Below, in pieces: positions 21,382 to 31,278 of a stretch of DNA of 64,000 bases. Position numbers and translations under genes: made by a program. Under the pieces are notes generated by a model. That model worked only from the letters and a program-made list of their open reading frames with translations, made no database searches and was not told the DNA's origin. Numbering within the stretch: position 1 is the first letter of the stretch; each line of letters starts with the position of its first letter. Source of the stretch: a bacterium (GTDB lineage: Bacteria; Patescibacteriota; Minisyncoccia; 2-01-FULL-47-10; JBBIMT01); the NCBI GenBank assembly GCA_037443185.1, contig JBBIOV010000002.1, positions 32,242-96,241 on the forward strand, in the 5' to 3' direction.

Positions 21382-22755
21382 TCAAAGGGAATTTTTGGCT
21401 TTTTTTAATTTATTTTTTATATAATCTATTATTTTTTTTTCTGAAATAATCTCCTGATAGCCAAATGTCATATCGCGCACAATAACTGTACCCTCTAGTA
21501 CTTCCTTTTGACCTAAAATAATAGTATATGACACTTTTAACTTGTCAGCTAATTTTAATTGGCTTTTTAAACTATCTTTATCAATGGCAATAGCAGATGG
21601 AATTTTATTTCTTAAAAATTCTTGAAATAATTTAAAACTCTTCTTTTTAGCTAAAAAACCTAATTGTGCAAAAAATACTTTAGGTTTATAAAACTTGGAT
21701 GCCTGAAAATTACGATTTTTCAAAACATCAATTAATCGTTCAATCCCCACGGCACAACCAACAGATGGTATTCTTTTATTACCAATGATATTACCTAATT
21801 CATCATATCTACCGCCTCCACAAATAGAAAGTTTAGGCAAATTTTCAAAATTTTTAGTATTTTCGGCTATTTTTACTTCAAACACTGTTTTAGTATAATA
21901 ATCTAAACCTCTGACTAAAGTCGGATTTAAATTATAAGGGATTTGGCAATCATCTAAAAATTCCAAAAAATTTTTAAAATGTTTAAAACAGGCCTTACAT
22001 AGATAATCAATTATCTTAGGCGCAAGCGAAGCCACCCGAGCGCATTTTTCTTCTTTACAATCGAAAACTCTCATTGGATTTTTGGAGATTCTTTTTTTGC
22101 AATTTTGGCAAAGTTGGCTTTTTTTGTTTTTTAAAAAACTTTTTAGGTTTTTTTCATAATCCGGGCGGCAATTTTTATCCCCGACACTTGACACTTCAAA
22201 AATAATATCTTTTAAACCAAGCCGTTTATAAAAAATATTATAGACTAATTGCAAAATTTCAAAATCAGAAGCTGGAGAAGCCGAATTTAAAATTTCAAGG
22301 TTAAACTGATGAAAACTTCGATACCGTCCAGCCTGCGATTTTTCATGTCTGAACATTGAACCCATTAAAAAAAGTTTTACCGGTTGAGGCAAATTCACAA
22401 AACCATGTTCAAAATACGCCCTCATAATTCCCGCGGTCGCCTCAGGTCTTAAAGTCAACTTATCTCCTCCTTTAGTTGTTAAACTATACATTTCTTTTTC
22501 AACTATATCAGTGCCTTGTCCCACTCCTTTTTCAAATAAAGCAGTCTGCTCTAAAATAGTAGTTTCTATTGGTAAAAATCCAAAAGAATAAGCCTCTTCA
22601 AACATTATGGATCTTAATTTTTCAAAAATTAAAAAATCATCCGGCAAAATATCATGCATTCCTGAAGGAGATTGAAAAATAATTTTAGATTGTTTTTTCT
22701 CTTGTTGAGATTTTTTTTCTGAAACTGAATCTATGTCTAAATCTTGATCTTCCAT
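21382..22755 (-). CDS. hisS: Histidine--tRNA ligase
   Basis: GMHDILP, LRPEATAG, FRHEKSQAGRYR, LVRGLDYY, GGGRYD. Confidence 0.98.
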   Translation of the reverse strand: MEDQDLDIDSVSEKKSQQEKKQSKIIFQSPSGMHDILPDDFLIFEKLRSIMFEEAYSFGFLPIETTILEQTALFEKGVGQGTDIVEKEMYSLTTKGGDKLTLRPEATAGIMRAYFEHGFVNLPQPVKLFLMGSMFRHEKSQAGRYRSFHQFNLEILNSASPASDFEILQLVYNIFYKRLGLKDIIFEVSSVGDKNCRPDYEKNLKSFLKNKKSQLCQNCKKRISKNPMRVFDCKEEKCARVASLAPKIIDYLCKACFKHFKNFLEFLDDCQIPYNLNPTLVRGLDYYTKTVFEVKIAENTKNFENLPKLSICGGGRYDELGNIIGNKRIPSVGCAVGIERLIDVLKNRNFQASKFYKPKVFFAQLGFLAKKKSFKLFQEFLRNKIPSAIAIDKDSLKSQLKLADKLKVSYTIILGQKEVLEGTVIVRDMTFGYQEIISEKKIIDYIKNKLKKAKNSL

Positions 22756-22763
22756 ATTTTTTG

Positions 22764-23363
22764 CTATTTATAATCAGGAGCTTGAAAAGCCTGTACTTTA
22801 TTAATAGGCCAAATTCTTAACCATACCCTTCCGATAATATCTTCTCGTTTAATCGGGCCCCAGTCTTTTGAATCAAAGGAAAGAATACGATTATCCCCTC
22901 TAACATAAAATTCATTTTCAGCTAAAGTAATTTCGGGAAAACTCACCGGGGCAGGATTGGGAAGATAACTTGACTCATCTAAAGTTAGCGTTTCTCCATT
23001 TGGTTTTACAATGACTATTTTTCCATTATCAAACTTAATTGTTTCTCCTGGCAATCCGATAATTCTTTTAATATAAGAATCTTTTTTATTTAAAGGATAT
23101 TTAAAAACTATCACCTCTCCTCTTTGCGGTTCCCGAAAACGATATGATAACTCATCTACTAAAATATATTCATAATTGTTAAAGTTAGGCTTCATCGATT
23201 CTCCACTGACGAAAAACGGTTGAACAATATATGTCCGAATAGGCAGCACAATCGCTAAAGAAATGACAAGAACTCTAATAATTTCAAAAACAAAATTTAC
23301 AGGCTGTGAAATGGGCGATTTTTTTTCATTTTGTTCATTTTTGTCTTTAAAATTTTCTTGCAT
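22764..23363 (-). CDS. lepB: Signal peptidase I
   Basis: SGESMKP (Ser), YIKRIIGLPGE (Lys), GDNR..SFDS. Confidence 0.96.
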   Translation of the reverse strand: MQENFKDKNEQNEKKSPISQPVNFVFEIIRVLVISLAIVLPIRTYIVQPFFVSGESMKPNFNNYEYILVDELSYRFREPQRGEVIVFKYPLNKKDSYIKRIIGLPGETIKFDNGKIVIVKPNGETLTLDESSYLPNPAPVSFPEITLAENEFYVRGDNRILSFDSKDWGPIKREDIIGRVWLRIWPINKVQAFQAPDYK

Positions 23364-23433
23364 ACCGCAATTTTAGTATAAAAGTACGATAAAGTCAACG
23401 CGTCATTTTCTAACTTTTTTAGGTAGAGTATAA

Positions 23434-24447
23434 TTAATTTTCAATTCCTTTTTCCATTTTGTTAATCACTAAAAAAATAACACCTGCCCAAAAGACAAAA
23501 AAAATAAATTTCAAATAATTTTGTAGAAAAAGTGCCCCTATTGTAAAGAAAGCGGTAAAAAAAATGTAAAAATTGAAAATATTTCGAGGGGTAAAACCCT
23601 TTTTAAATAAAATGTGGTGTAAATGAGAAGTATCTGCTTTAAAGATGCTTTTTTTTCTTTTAAATCTTCGTACAATAACCATCAAGGCATCAACTGCCGG
23701 TAAAATAGATACTATTAAAAGAGTTAAAATTTTTGAACCGGCTATAATCGAAAGAGCGCCTAACAAAAAGCCGATTAAATTACTCCCAGCTGTGCCTAAA
23801 AAAATTTTAGCAGGTGGCTGATTAAAAAACAAAAAACCAAAAAGCACTCCAGCCATTATAAGAGCGAAAATAGCCGGGGGTATTTGTTTAATTGGAAGTG
23901 AAAGGCTAATAATAAATATTGATAAAAAAGCCAAAAAACCCACTCCTGACGCCACCCCATCAATTCCATCTAAAAAATTAAAAATATTGACAAAAAAAAT
24001 TATTAAAATAAAAGGTATCAAAATTCCCCAAAAATCAATAAACACAATCTGCCCTAAAAATGGCGCGTTTATAAAGGAAATTTTAATATTGCCAAAAATG
24101 ATAAAAGTTGAAGTAGCAGCCCCTTGAAATAAAAATTGCCATAGTGGCTTTAAATCAAAAATATCATCTAAAACGCCGCCAATTACTAAAATCAAAGCAC
24201 CGATAAAAAGCGCCAACCACTCTTTTTTTATTGGAAAGTCAGGGTAAAAAAATAATAATAACAAAATTGAAAAAAAGATAATGATCCCACCAATACGGTA
24301 AATGTCGCCTTTATGAATATCCTGAACCCTAGCACTTTTAGTGAATAATTTCAAAAAATCAGCGCTTTTCATATGTTTAATTAAAAAGGCAATTAAAAAA
24401 CTTAAAAAAGCACTGCCCCAAAAAAGTAAAATAAAATCAAAAACCAT
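23434..24447 (-). CDS. MraY/WecA (glycosyltransferase family 4) undecaprenyl-phosphate GlcNAc-1-P transferase
   Basis: GVLDD, NIFNFLDGIDG, PAKIFLG, ADTSHLHH (WecA/TagO-type). Confidence 0.9.
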   Translation of the reverse strand: MVFDFILLFWGSAFLSFLIAFLIKHMKSADFLKLFTKSARVQDIHKGDIYRIGGIIIFFSILLLLFFYPDFPIKKEWLALFIGALILVIGGVLDDIFDLKPLWQFLFQGAATSTFIIFGNIKISFINAPFLGQIVFIDFWGILIPFILIIFFVNIFNFLDGIDGVASGVGFLAFLSIFIISLSLPIKQIPPAIFALIMAGVLFGFLFFNQPPAKIFLGTAGSNLIGFLLGALSIIAGSKILTLLIVSILPAVDALMVIVRRFKRKKSIFKADTSHLHHILFKKGFTPRNIFNFYIFFTAFFTIGALFLQNYLKFIFFVFWAGVIFLVINKMEKGIEN

Positions 24448-24589
24448 ACCAGGCTTAATTTAGCATAAATCTTTTATATAGCAAGCCAAAATCTATATCA
24501 GGACATTATAAATAAAAAGAGACAGTTTGTAATTTCAAATTCATAAAAAATATTATAAATTATATTAAATACTAAAAACTATGATAAAC

Positions 24590-26326
24590 TTATTGAGTAT
24601 TTGGCGGAATTTGATAATAATCGAATAGAAACTTCATAAGTTGGCCACCAGAAGGTACCACAGATGTTTCCGCAAAACGAACCCCTTGAGGTCTATCTAA
24701 TTTAATCAATATTAAAAATTTTGGATTAGGAACTGGGCCAAAGAAAACCGCTGATTGAATAGTTTCATCAGTATAGCCTTTTTTATCAGGTGCTGGTATT
24801 TGCGCTGTTCCAGTTTTAGTAGCGATATAATACCCCTTAATTTTAGCTTGTCGACCTGACCCCTGTTCAGTTACTTGAGTTAGCATTTGGCTTAATTTAT
24901 TAGCTGTTTCTTCAGAGATAACTCTTTTTTTATCTTTTAAAATTTTTAATTCTTTGCCGTCTGAAGTTTTAATTTTTTTTACAAAACTGGGTTTGATCAA
25001 AAATCCACCGTTGGCAATAGCTGAAATGGCTTGAATAATTTGAATTGGAGTAACCGTTATACCTTGCCCAAAGGAAGCAGTTGCGAAATTCACCTCAATA
25101 TCACTCTCTAAGTTTTTAATATTACCCTTAATTTCTCCGGCAATATCAATGCCTGTTTTTTCCCCAAAACCCATTTTTTTAACAAAATTTCTAAAATCAG
25201 CGTTTCCTATTAACTTTTGCATATACACTGCTCCTGTATTTAATGATTTTTCAAGTACTTGAGTCATTGTTTGAGTCCCGTAAGCTTTTAAAGTAGAGTT
25301 TCTAATCGTATATTTTCCTATTTTAAACTCGCCAGTATCATTATAAGTAGAGTCAGGTTCAATAACTTTTTTTTCAAGTGCCGCCGCAGCGATAATTGGC
25401 TTAAAAATAGAGCCGGGCTCAAAACTTTCTTGGGCTAAACCATTCAAAAAAATTCTCTGATCAGAAACTAAATTATAACTATTGGGATTATATGAGGGAT
25501 ATTCTTCAGAGGCTACAATTTGCCCACTTTGGGGATCCGAAACGACTACTAAAGCTTTTTGTGCGTTCCATTTCTTTACAAGAGACTGAGCAATTTCCTG
25601 GGCCTTTAAAGAGATATTAATATCTATACTTGTGATAAGCGTATTACCATCAATGCCTTGAAAAGATTGAAAAGAACTTATCGGAACAACCCTGCCTAAA
25701 GCATCTTTTTGACCTATCAACAAGTCTTCTTTACCTTTTAACTTTTGTTCATAAAATTGTTCAAGACCGTATTTACCAGATCTTTTATCAATATCAAATC
25801 CGTAAAAACCAAGATTTTTTGCCGCCACCTCATTCATTGGATAGCTTCTTTGAAAATCGCTTTCAATAAAGAGGTATTTACTTTTTAGTGCGTTGATATC
25901 ATCTTTTTCTCTTTCAGAAATATTATTTTTAAGTTTTATATAAAAATCGTTTTTGATTTCAACTTTCTTTTTTACTTCTTCTTCATCTAAATTTAAAATA
26001 GCAACAATTTTTTTAATAAGCTCATCCTTTTCTTCTTCTTTTAAGTTATAAGTGCTTAAAATAGCATTATAAACTTTTTTATTTATAGCCAAAGGAGCAA
26101 AACCTAAAATCCCCTGCCCGGTACCAAAAATTTCTCCTCTTAAAGGAGTAATTATCTCTTTTAACTGACTACGTGCTGCAGCTTCCTTTTCGTAATATTC
26201 TGTTTTGATAACCTGAAGATAAAAAAGTCGTCCAACTAAAACCGGAATCACAATAATAAAAAAAATGAAAACGATTTTGAGACGTTTATCATAAATTAAT
26301 TTTTTTTCAATCTCTTCTTTTGTCAT
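24590..26326 (-). CDS. ftsI: Class B penicillin-binding protein (FtsI/PBP2 family)
   Basis: EPGSIFK (SxxK), KSLN (SxN), KTGTAQ; mraZ-rsmH-ftsL context. Confidence 0.92.
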   Translation of the reverse strand: MTKEEIEKKLIYDKRLKIVFIFFIIVIPVLVGRLFYLQVIKTEYYEKEAAARSQLKEIITPLRGEIFGTGQGILGFAPLAINKKVYNAILSTYNLKEEEKDELIKKIVAILNLDEEEVKKKVEIKNDFYIKLKNNISEREKDDINALKSKYLFIESDFQRSYPMNEVAAKNLGFYGFDIDKRSGKYGLEQFYEQKLKGKEDLLIGQKDALGRVVPISSFQSFQGIDGNTLITSIDINISLKAQEIAQSLVKKWNAQKALVVVSDPQSGQIVASEEYPSYNPNSYNLVSDQRIFLNGLAQESFEPGSIFKPIIAAAALEKKVIEPDSTYNDTGEFKIGKYTIRNSTLKAYGTQTMTQVLEKSLNTGAVYMQKLIGNADFRNFVKKMGFGEKTGIDIAGEIKGNIKNLESDIEVNFATASFGQGITVTPIQIIQAISAIANGGFLIKPSFVKKIKTSDGKELKILKDKKRVISEETANKLSQMLTQVTEQGSGRQAKIKGYYIATKTGTAQIPAPDKKGYTDETIQSAVFFGPVPNPKFLILIKLDRPQGVRFAETSVVPSGGQLMKFLFDYYQIPPNTQ

Positions 26327-26355
26327 TTACTTGAATTTTTTTAAAAAAGCGCAAA

Positions 26356-26715
26356 TTAAAAATCGAAAGAAGAGTCATTTGGCAATAAACTTAATGGCCC
26401 CTTTGGAGATTCTTTTAAGTATGAGATATTTTCGCTTGGCACTAGATTTAACTCTTTTGCTAAATCATCAATATTCATCTTTGCAAGTTCGATTGTTATT
26501 TGTTGAATAAGGTTTTTATTTTCTAACGTTTTTGTTTTTAATAACTCTTGGTATTTACTAATTTCAAATCCTGCTGAAAGCGCCATATTAAAATTAATAA
26601 TATAAGCAAAAGCAAAAAATATCAAAAGACCAATAAAAATCCAAAAACTATCTTTTAATGGCTTCAAAATTATTGCTGATTGAGATTGTCTTTTTTTTCC
26701 AACTTTGATAGTCAT
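26356..26715 (-). CDS. ftsL: FtsL-like cell division protein
   Basis: Short basic tail, single TM, coiled coil; lies between rsmH and the PBP. Confidence 0.65.
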   Translation of the reverse strand: MTIKVGKKRQSQSAIILKPLKDSFWIFIGLLIFFAFAYIINFNMALSAGFEISKYQELLKTKTLENKNLIQQITIELAKMNIDDLAKELNLVPSENISYLKESPKGPLSLLPNDSSFDF

Positions 26716-26764
26716 CGTTGATAATAAAAATAATCAAAAATTTTTTCGCTAGGTTTCACATTTG

Positions 26765-27661
26765 CTAAAAAATTTTCATTATTGCTCTAAGATTTGCTGA
26801 ACGACTAGCCGGGTTTGAAGAAATTTCTTGAAGAGTTGGTTTGACTGCTTTTTTGGTTAATATTTTTCCTTCATTTAATTTTTGTTTTTCTTTGAAAAAA
26901 TTTTTCACTAATCGACTTTCAAGTGAATGAAAGGTAATTGCTACTAAGATTCCACTACTGGATAAAATATCAAAACCATCAGACAATCCTTTCTTAATAT
27001 TATCTAACTCATTATTTACTGCTATTCTTAAAGCTTGATAAATTTTTGTCGCTGGATGAATTTTATAAAAACCTCTTGAATAAACTTTAAAAATGATTTC
27101 ATTTAATTGACTAGTTTTTTTAATTACATTTTTTTTTCGAGACTTAATTATTAAATGAGCGATTTGTCGTGCCCTTTTTTCTTCTCCATATCGTAAAAAA
27201 ATTTCTGACAATTTTTTAAAAGAGTAATTATTTAAAATTTTTTCAGCAGTAAGATTATTCTCTAAATCATACCTCATATCTAAGGGTTCATCTTTTAAAA
27301 AACTAAATCCTCTCCCTGAAGTTTTGATTTGATCCATTGAAAAGCCAAAATCAAACAAAATTCCCTGCCAACTTATTTTTTTTAAACTATGATTAGTATT
27401 GATTATGTTTTTAATCTCTGCGAAGTTTCCGTGTTTAAATATAATCATTTTTTGGTAAGATGCTAAATTTTTTTCAGCTTTTTTGAGCATATTTCGATCC
27501 CAATCAACTGCCAATATTTTGCCCGAAGGCGAAATTTTTTTTGCAATTTCTTTTGTATGACCACCTGCGCCACAAGTAGCGTCAATGATATTTTTTCCTT
27601 CTTTTAAATCTAAAATTTTAATCACTTCTTTTAATAAAACAGGACTATGAAAAATTTCCAT
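26765..27661 (-). CDS. rsmH: 16S rRNA m4C1402 methyltransferase
   Basis: HSPVLLKEV, DATCGAGGH, PLDMR, FHSLE, NPASRSA. Confidence 0.97.
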   Translation of the reverse strand: MEIFHSPVLLKEVIKILDLKEGKNIIDATCGAGGHTKEIAKKISPSGKILAVDWDRNMLKKAEKNLASYQKMIIFKHGNFAEIKNIINTNHSLKKISWQGILFDFGFSMDQIKTSGRGFSFLKDEPLDMRYDLENNLTAEKILNNYSFKKLSEIFLRYGEEKRARQIAHLIIKSRKKNVIKKTSQLNEIIFKVYSRGFYKIHPATKIYQALRIAVNNELDNIKKGLSDGFDILSSSGILVAITFHSLESRLVKNFFKEKQKLNEGKILTKKAVKPTLQEISSNPASRSANLRAIMKIF

Positions 27662-27817
27662 AAAACATATTTTAAGCCTTGCAATTTCATGATTTTTATT
27701 AGTTTATGCCAAATAGCTTTTAATCAACAAAACTAATTTTTTTAAATTGCGATTTTTCCTGTTGCTTTTTAATACTAAATTGGTAAAAGTTTAATTTGTA
27801 ATAATAATTTCTTTACT

Positions 27818-28249
27818 TTAAATGCCCAAATTGCTAAGTCGTTCAGCAATTTGATCAGATTGACTCTCTGTATTTTTCTTATATTCATTCCAAAGATTTT
27901 CATCCCAAATTTCAACCCTGCTAAAGACCCCTGCAACCACTACTTTTTTAGAAATTTTGGCGTAATTTCTTAAATATTCCGGTATTAAAAGACGACCTTG
28001 TTTATCAAGTTGAATATCCATAGCTCCGCCAAGCATCAATCTTGCAAAAGCTCTAGCATCTGCCTGGCTAAGTGGCAAAGCAGCTATTTTTTGCGCTAAT
28101 TTTTCCCATTCAGGTTTAGTAAATAAAAAAAGAGAATTATCAAGACCTCGAGTCACCACTGCCCCTTCTAAAAAATCTTTACGAAATTTAGTCGGTAAGG
28201 CTAATCTTCCTTTATTATCTAAAGTATATTTAAATTCTCCAATAAACAC
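27818..28249 (-). CDS. mraZ: Transcriptional regulator MraZ
   Basis: Two DxKGR/DKQGR repeats; MFIGEF, RVEIWD. Confidence 0.98.
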   Translation of the reverse strand: MFIGEFKYTLDNKGRLALPTKFRKDFLEGAVVTRGLDNSLFLFTKPEWEKLAQKIAALPLSQADARAFARLMLGGAMDIQLDKQGRLLIPEYLRNYAKISKKVVVAGVFSRVEIWDENLWNEYKKNTESQSDQIAERLSNLGI

Positions 28250-28492
28250 GATAAAAAAATTTTAATAATAAATAAAATTAATAAAAAAGAAGGTTTAACT
28301 TTAACAGCTCATATTTTTGGAGGCTTCAATTTTCAATGTTTTTTCCAAACTTGTTTACAACCGTCGCCCCCACGCCTAACTTTGCATTTATGTTTAATTT
28401 ATAAGTACTTCTCCTACCCAAAAAGTACTTATAATAGTTATAAATATACTCAAAAAAGCAGGCGTGGGGGTAAATTCTAGCCCTTTCAAGAG

Positions 28493-28604
28493 TTATCCAC
28501 ACCTCAAATAAATTATCCCCACACTTATCCACAATCTACCACCTTATACCATTATATACCACAAACGATTTTTTTGCAAGAAACAAAAGGCTCACTTATC
28601 CACA
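28493..28604 (-). promoter_or_regulatory. mraZ promoter with five phased MraZ boxes and a DnaA-box cluster
   Basis: TTGCAA(28579-74)-17-TATAAT(28556-51); CCAC/CCAT at 28519, 28529, 28539, 28549, 28559; TTATCCACA at 28493, 28525, 28596 and TTATCCCCA at 28513. Confidence 0.85.
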
Positions 28605-28690
28605 ATCAGATAAAAAGTCTGAGATTTTATTATATAAAGAATTAAATGACCTTTTAATAAAATCAAAAAACAGATTAATTTAGAACATAA

Positions 28691-28724
28691 AAAACAAGCC
28701 TGAAAAAATTTTCAGGCTTGTTTT
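28691..28724. terminator. Intrinsic terminator after the 605-aa surface protein gene
   Basis: AAAACAAGCCTGAAAA / TTTTCAGGCTTGTTTT. Confidence 0.8.
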
Positions 28725-28749
28725 AAAACTTTTTAAATTAATTAGATCT

Positions 28750-30567
28750 TCACTTTATACCTATAATCACGAAGTTTAACCTCCTATCGGAAGTTCTGAC
28801 CAAACACCACATATTATCACCAATAATTGGACAATATTTTGCATAAAAGTTTTGCAACGTGCTATTAAAATAAGACTCATAGGAAGTAAGAACAGAGTTA
28901 TTTTTTAATAATTGAAAAGCGCCACCTGATGAATATAAAGAGTAAATATCACTATTGCTAGCACCAATGCCGCTACTATATCTTGCTGCTATTTGTCCAG
29001 AAGAAGTTATACACTGGTCTTGATTACAAACCCATATCTTTCCTTGACCGTTAAAGATCAATTGAGCCGAATTTAATATGTTAACTAAGTTCGTTTCTCT
29101 CCTAGAAGATACTTCTAATTCTCGATAAAATCGCTTTTGATTTATATTATAAGTATTAAGTATTGCAATGTCCTCATAATATCTATAACCATAATAATTA
29201 TAATATTTATTACCCGTAATAAAGTATATCTCTTCATTTACAACATTATTACCTTTTAAAAGCACAGACGGTTGTTTTAAAAAACTGTCAGAAATAGAAC
29301 CTGAATACTGATACACAAATTCGCCTGTTGTTTTATTTAATTTTAATACATAAATTAAATTAGCCGTTCCAGTCTCACCTCCGCCCACCCATCTAGTTTG
29401 AGAAAGGTCTTGTTTGTTAGCCACAAGATAAATATCATCTTTATAGACTGAAACTAAAGCTTGTGGCGAAATAATCGATCCGACAGTCAATTTCCAGTTT
29501 TCGAATTTATCTTGAGTGATATTGTATTTTAAGATACCTCCTGAAGTTCCTCCTAACATTACAAAATACAAATTATCGTTTTCTTTTAAAGTTCTGAATG
29601 AACCTGGCTTTTGTTCAAAAGTAAATGTTTTATAAGGCCAACTCCATTTTTTAGTGCCAGTATCAAAAGCATAAAGCTTTATCTCTCCTCGATTCAAATC
29701 AAATACTGGCAAATAAATCATATTATTATAATATTGAAGATGGTCTTTTATCGCGCTTTGCATTAAAGAACTTTCACTGCTTGGAATTACTGGAGAAAGA
29801 AGATTTCTGTCTGTTACAACATTACCAAGTCCCACAGGTGGATAAGTTTGAGTAGATGAAGGAGGACAGACAACAGTTCTGCCTATCACGCATCCATTTT
29901 GATCTCTTTGATATTCATAATAACATCCCTCAGGTGGCATAACTTCTGGAAAAACAATATTCGGGCAAGTTAAAGGTTTGGAAGACTCTTTAAGAGAACA
30001 ATTATTACCAACATAAACCCAGTATCCTTTATTGTCCTCAAGTGCGGTATTAATACTTACAGTAATATAATTGCTTTTAGAAGGATCGTAATAGTAAATA
30101 GGCGAGATTAAATTACAACGAGGATTGCCAGTTTCACTAATTTGATTCCATGAAAATTGGGAAGAAATCATATTCCATCCTGAAGTCAGATTTAAAAGGG
30201 AATACGATCTTTTTCCAGTTATTGTTGCATTACAATCATCTTCGCTAAAAACCCAGTATCCTTTCATTGGAGAAAGAGTAGTAGGTTGAATGTAGGTGTT
30301 GCTGGAAGGGCTAAACTCCCATATTGCGCCTATGGAACAACCCTTTATATCTGATAAAACAGGAGTTCTTGGTTGGCTGCTTAAGTTCTCTTGCGTCTGA
30401 TCCACAGGTATTGAAATCATATTCCAGCCTGTTTTTAAAGGAATAGAAAAAGTTGAAATACCAGGCGGTGGAGGAACATTCTGACTAAATGTGATTTTGC
30501 TAATTAAAAAAAGGAAAATAAATAAAGACAATATAAAGGATATTTTGGTTTTTGAATTTTGTATCAT
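28750..30567 (-). CDS. Secreted/surface protein: two GWNMIS repeats, 4-Cys module, probable beta-propeller
   Basis: Signal peptide; LKTGWNMIS..KGYWV and LTSGWNMIS..KGYWV repeats; beta-rich C-terminal half. Confidence 0.75.
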   Translation of the reverse strand: MIQNSKTKISFILSLFIFLFLISKITFSQNVPPPPGISTFSIPLKTGWNMISIPVDQTQENLSSQPRTPVLSDIKGCSIGAIWEFSPSSNTYIQPTTLSPMKGYWVFSEDDCNATITGKRSYSLLNLTSGWNMISSQFSWNQISETGNPRCNLISPIYYYDPSKSNYITVSINTALEDNKGYWVYVGNNCSLKESSKPLTCPNIVFPEVMPPEGCYYEYQRDQNGCVIGRTVVCPPSSTQTYPPVGLGNVVTDRNLLSPVIPSSESSLMQSAIKDHLQYYNNMIYLPVFDLNRGEIKLYAFDTGTKKWSWPYKTFTFEQKPGSFRTLKENDNLYFVMLGGTSGGILKYNITQDKFENWKLTVGSIISPQALVSVYKDDIYLVANKQDLSQTRWVGGGETGTANLIYVLKLNKTTGEFVYQYSGSISDSFLKQPSVLLKGNNVVNEEIYFITGNKYYNYYGYRYYEDIAILNTYNINQKRFYRELEVSSRRETNLVNILNSAQLIFNGQGKIWVCNQDQCITSSGQIAARYSSGIGASNSDIYSLYSSGGAFQLLKNNSVLTSYESYFNSTLQNFYAKYCPIIGDNMWCLVRTSDRRLNFVIIGIK

Positions 30568-30770
30568 ATTTTTAAAACTAGTCCTTTCCCGTCAATAGAA
30601 AAAAGAGCTAGTTTTTATAAAAAATTATTTATAGAAATATAAAGTTACAAATGATGTTTTAATTTTACTTAAATTATACACCTTTTTAAATTTCACCGCA
30701 ATATTTAATTTGACTATTAAATTATTTTGCTTTTATTTTTTTCTCTTTAAAAAAAATGTTAGTTATTTTT

Positions 30771-31265
30771 TTATTTTAAAATCCCAATACTTTTTAATTT
30801 TTCATATCTTTGCTTTCGTTGATTGTTATTTTCAATACAATCAACTACCGGACCGTCTCCCACTCCTATGATAGCGCGAGATTTTGCAGCTTCAGCAATA
30901 AAGACAACTAATGGATCATTCCCTGTGGCTACAAAAATTTGACACACTGTCGGAATATTTTTAATAGCAGGCAAAATTTGCACTGGAAAGGCGCCACTAA
31001 AAAATATAAAAAAAGCATGTCCCGCGCCAACCTTTAAAGCTGTATCAATAGCCAGTTTTTTTAACGCTTCATCATTACCTTCCGCTCTGACTATTTTATC
31101 GGATGCTTCGTTCATTGCCAAACCGAATTTAATTTTAGGCGTCGCTTTTAAAATCGCCTCTGCTAAATCTCCAGTAGTTTTTAAAGAAAAATTCCCTAGG
31201 CCAATTATTGATTCAATGCCGACTTTTTTTTTAATTAAATAAAATGTAAATTTAACATTATCCAT
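30771..31265 (-). CDS. Adenosine-specific kinase family protein (divergent)
   Basis: PKIKFGLAMNEAS, EGNDEALKKLA, GAGHAF, VCQIFVATGN, IIGVGDG. Confidence 0.8.
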   Translation of the reverse strand: MDNVKFTFYLIKKKVGIESIIGLGNFSLKTTGDLAEAILKATPKIKFGLAMNEASDKIVRAEGNDEALKKLAIDTALKVGAGHAFFIFFSGAFPVQILPAIKNIPTVCQIFVATGNDPLVVFIAEAAKSRAIIGVGDGPVVDCIENNNQRKQRYEKLKSIGILK

Positions 31266-31278
31266 AAATACTCCCTAA

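Noticed and set aside
28326-28532. 68-aa ORF upstream of mraZ
   Set aside because: Starts within the DnaA/MraZ boxes and spans the structured leader; no SD or recognisable motif.
28493-28604. DnaA-box cluster as oriC
   Set aside because: Gene orientation stays on the minus strand on both sides, dnaA/dnaN are not nearby and the boxes overlap a promoter. A regulatory role is more parsimonious, though oriC cannot be excluded without whole-genome skew.
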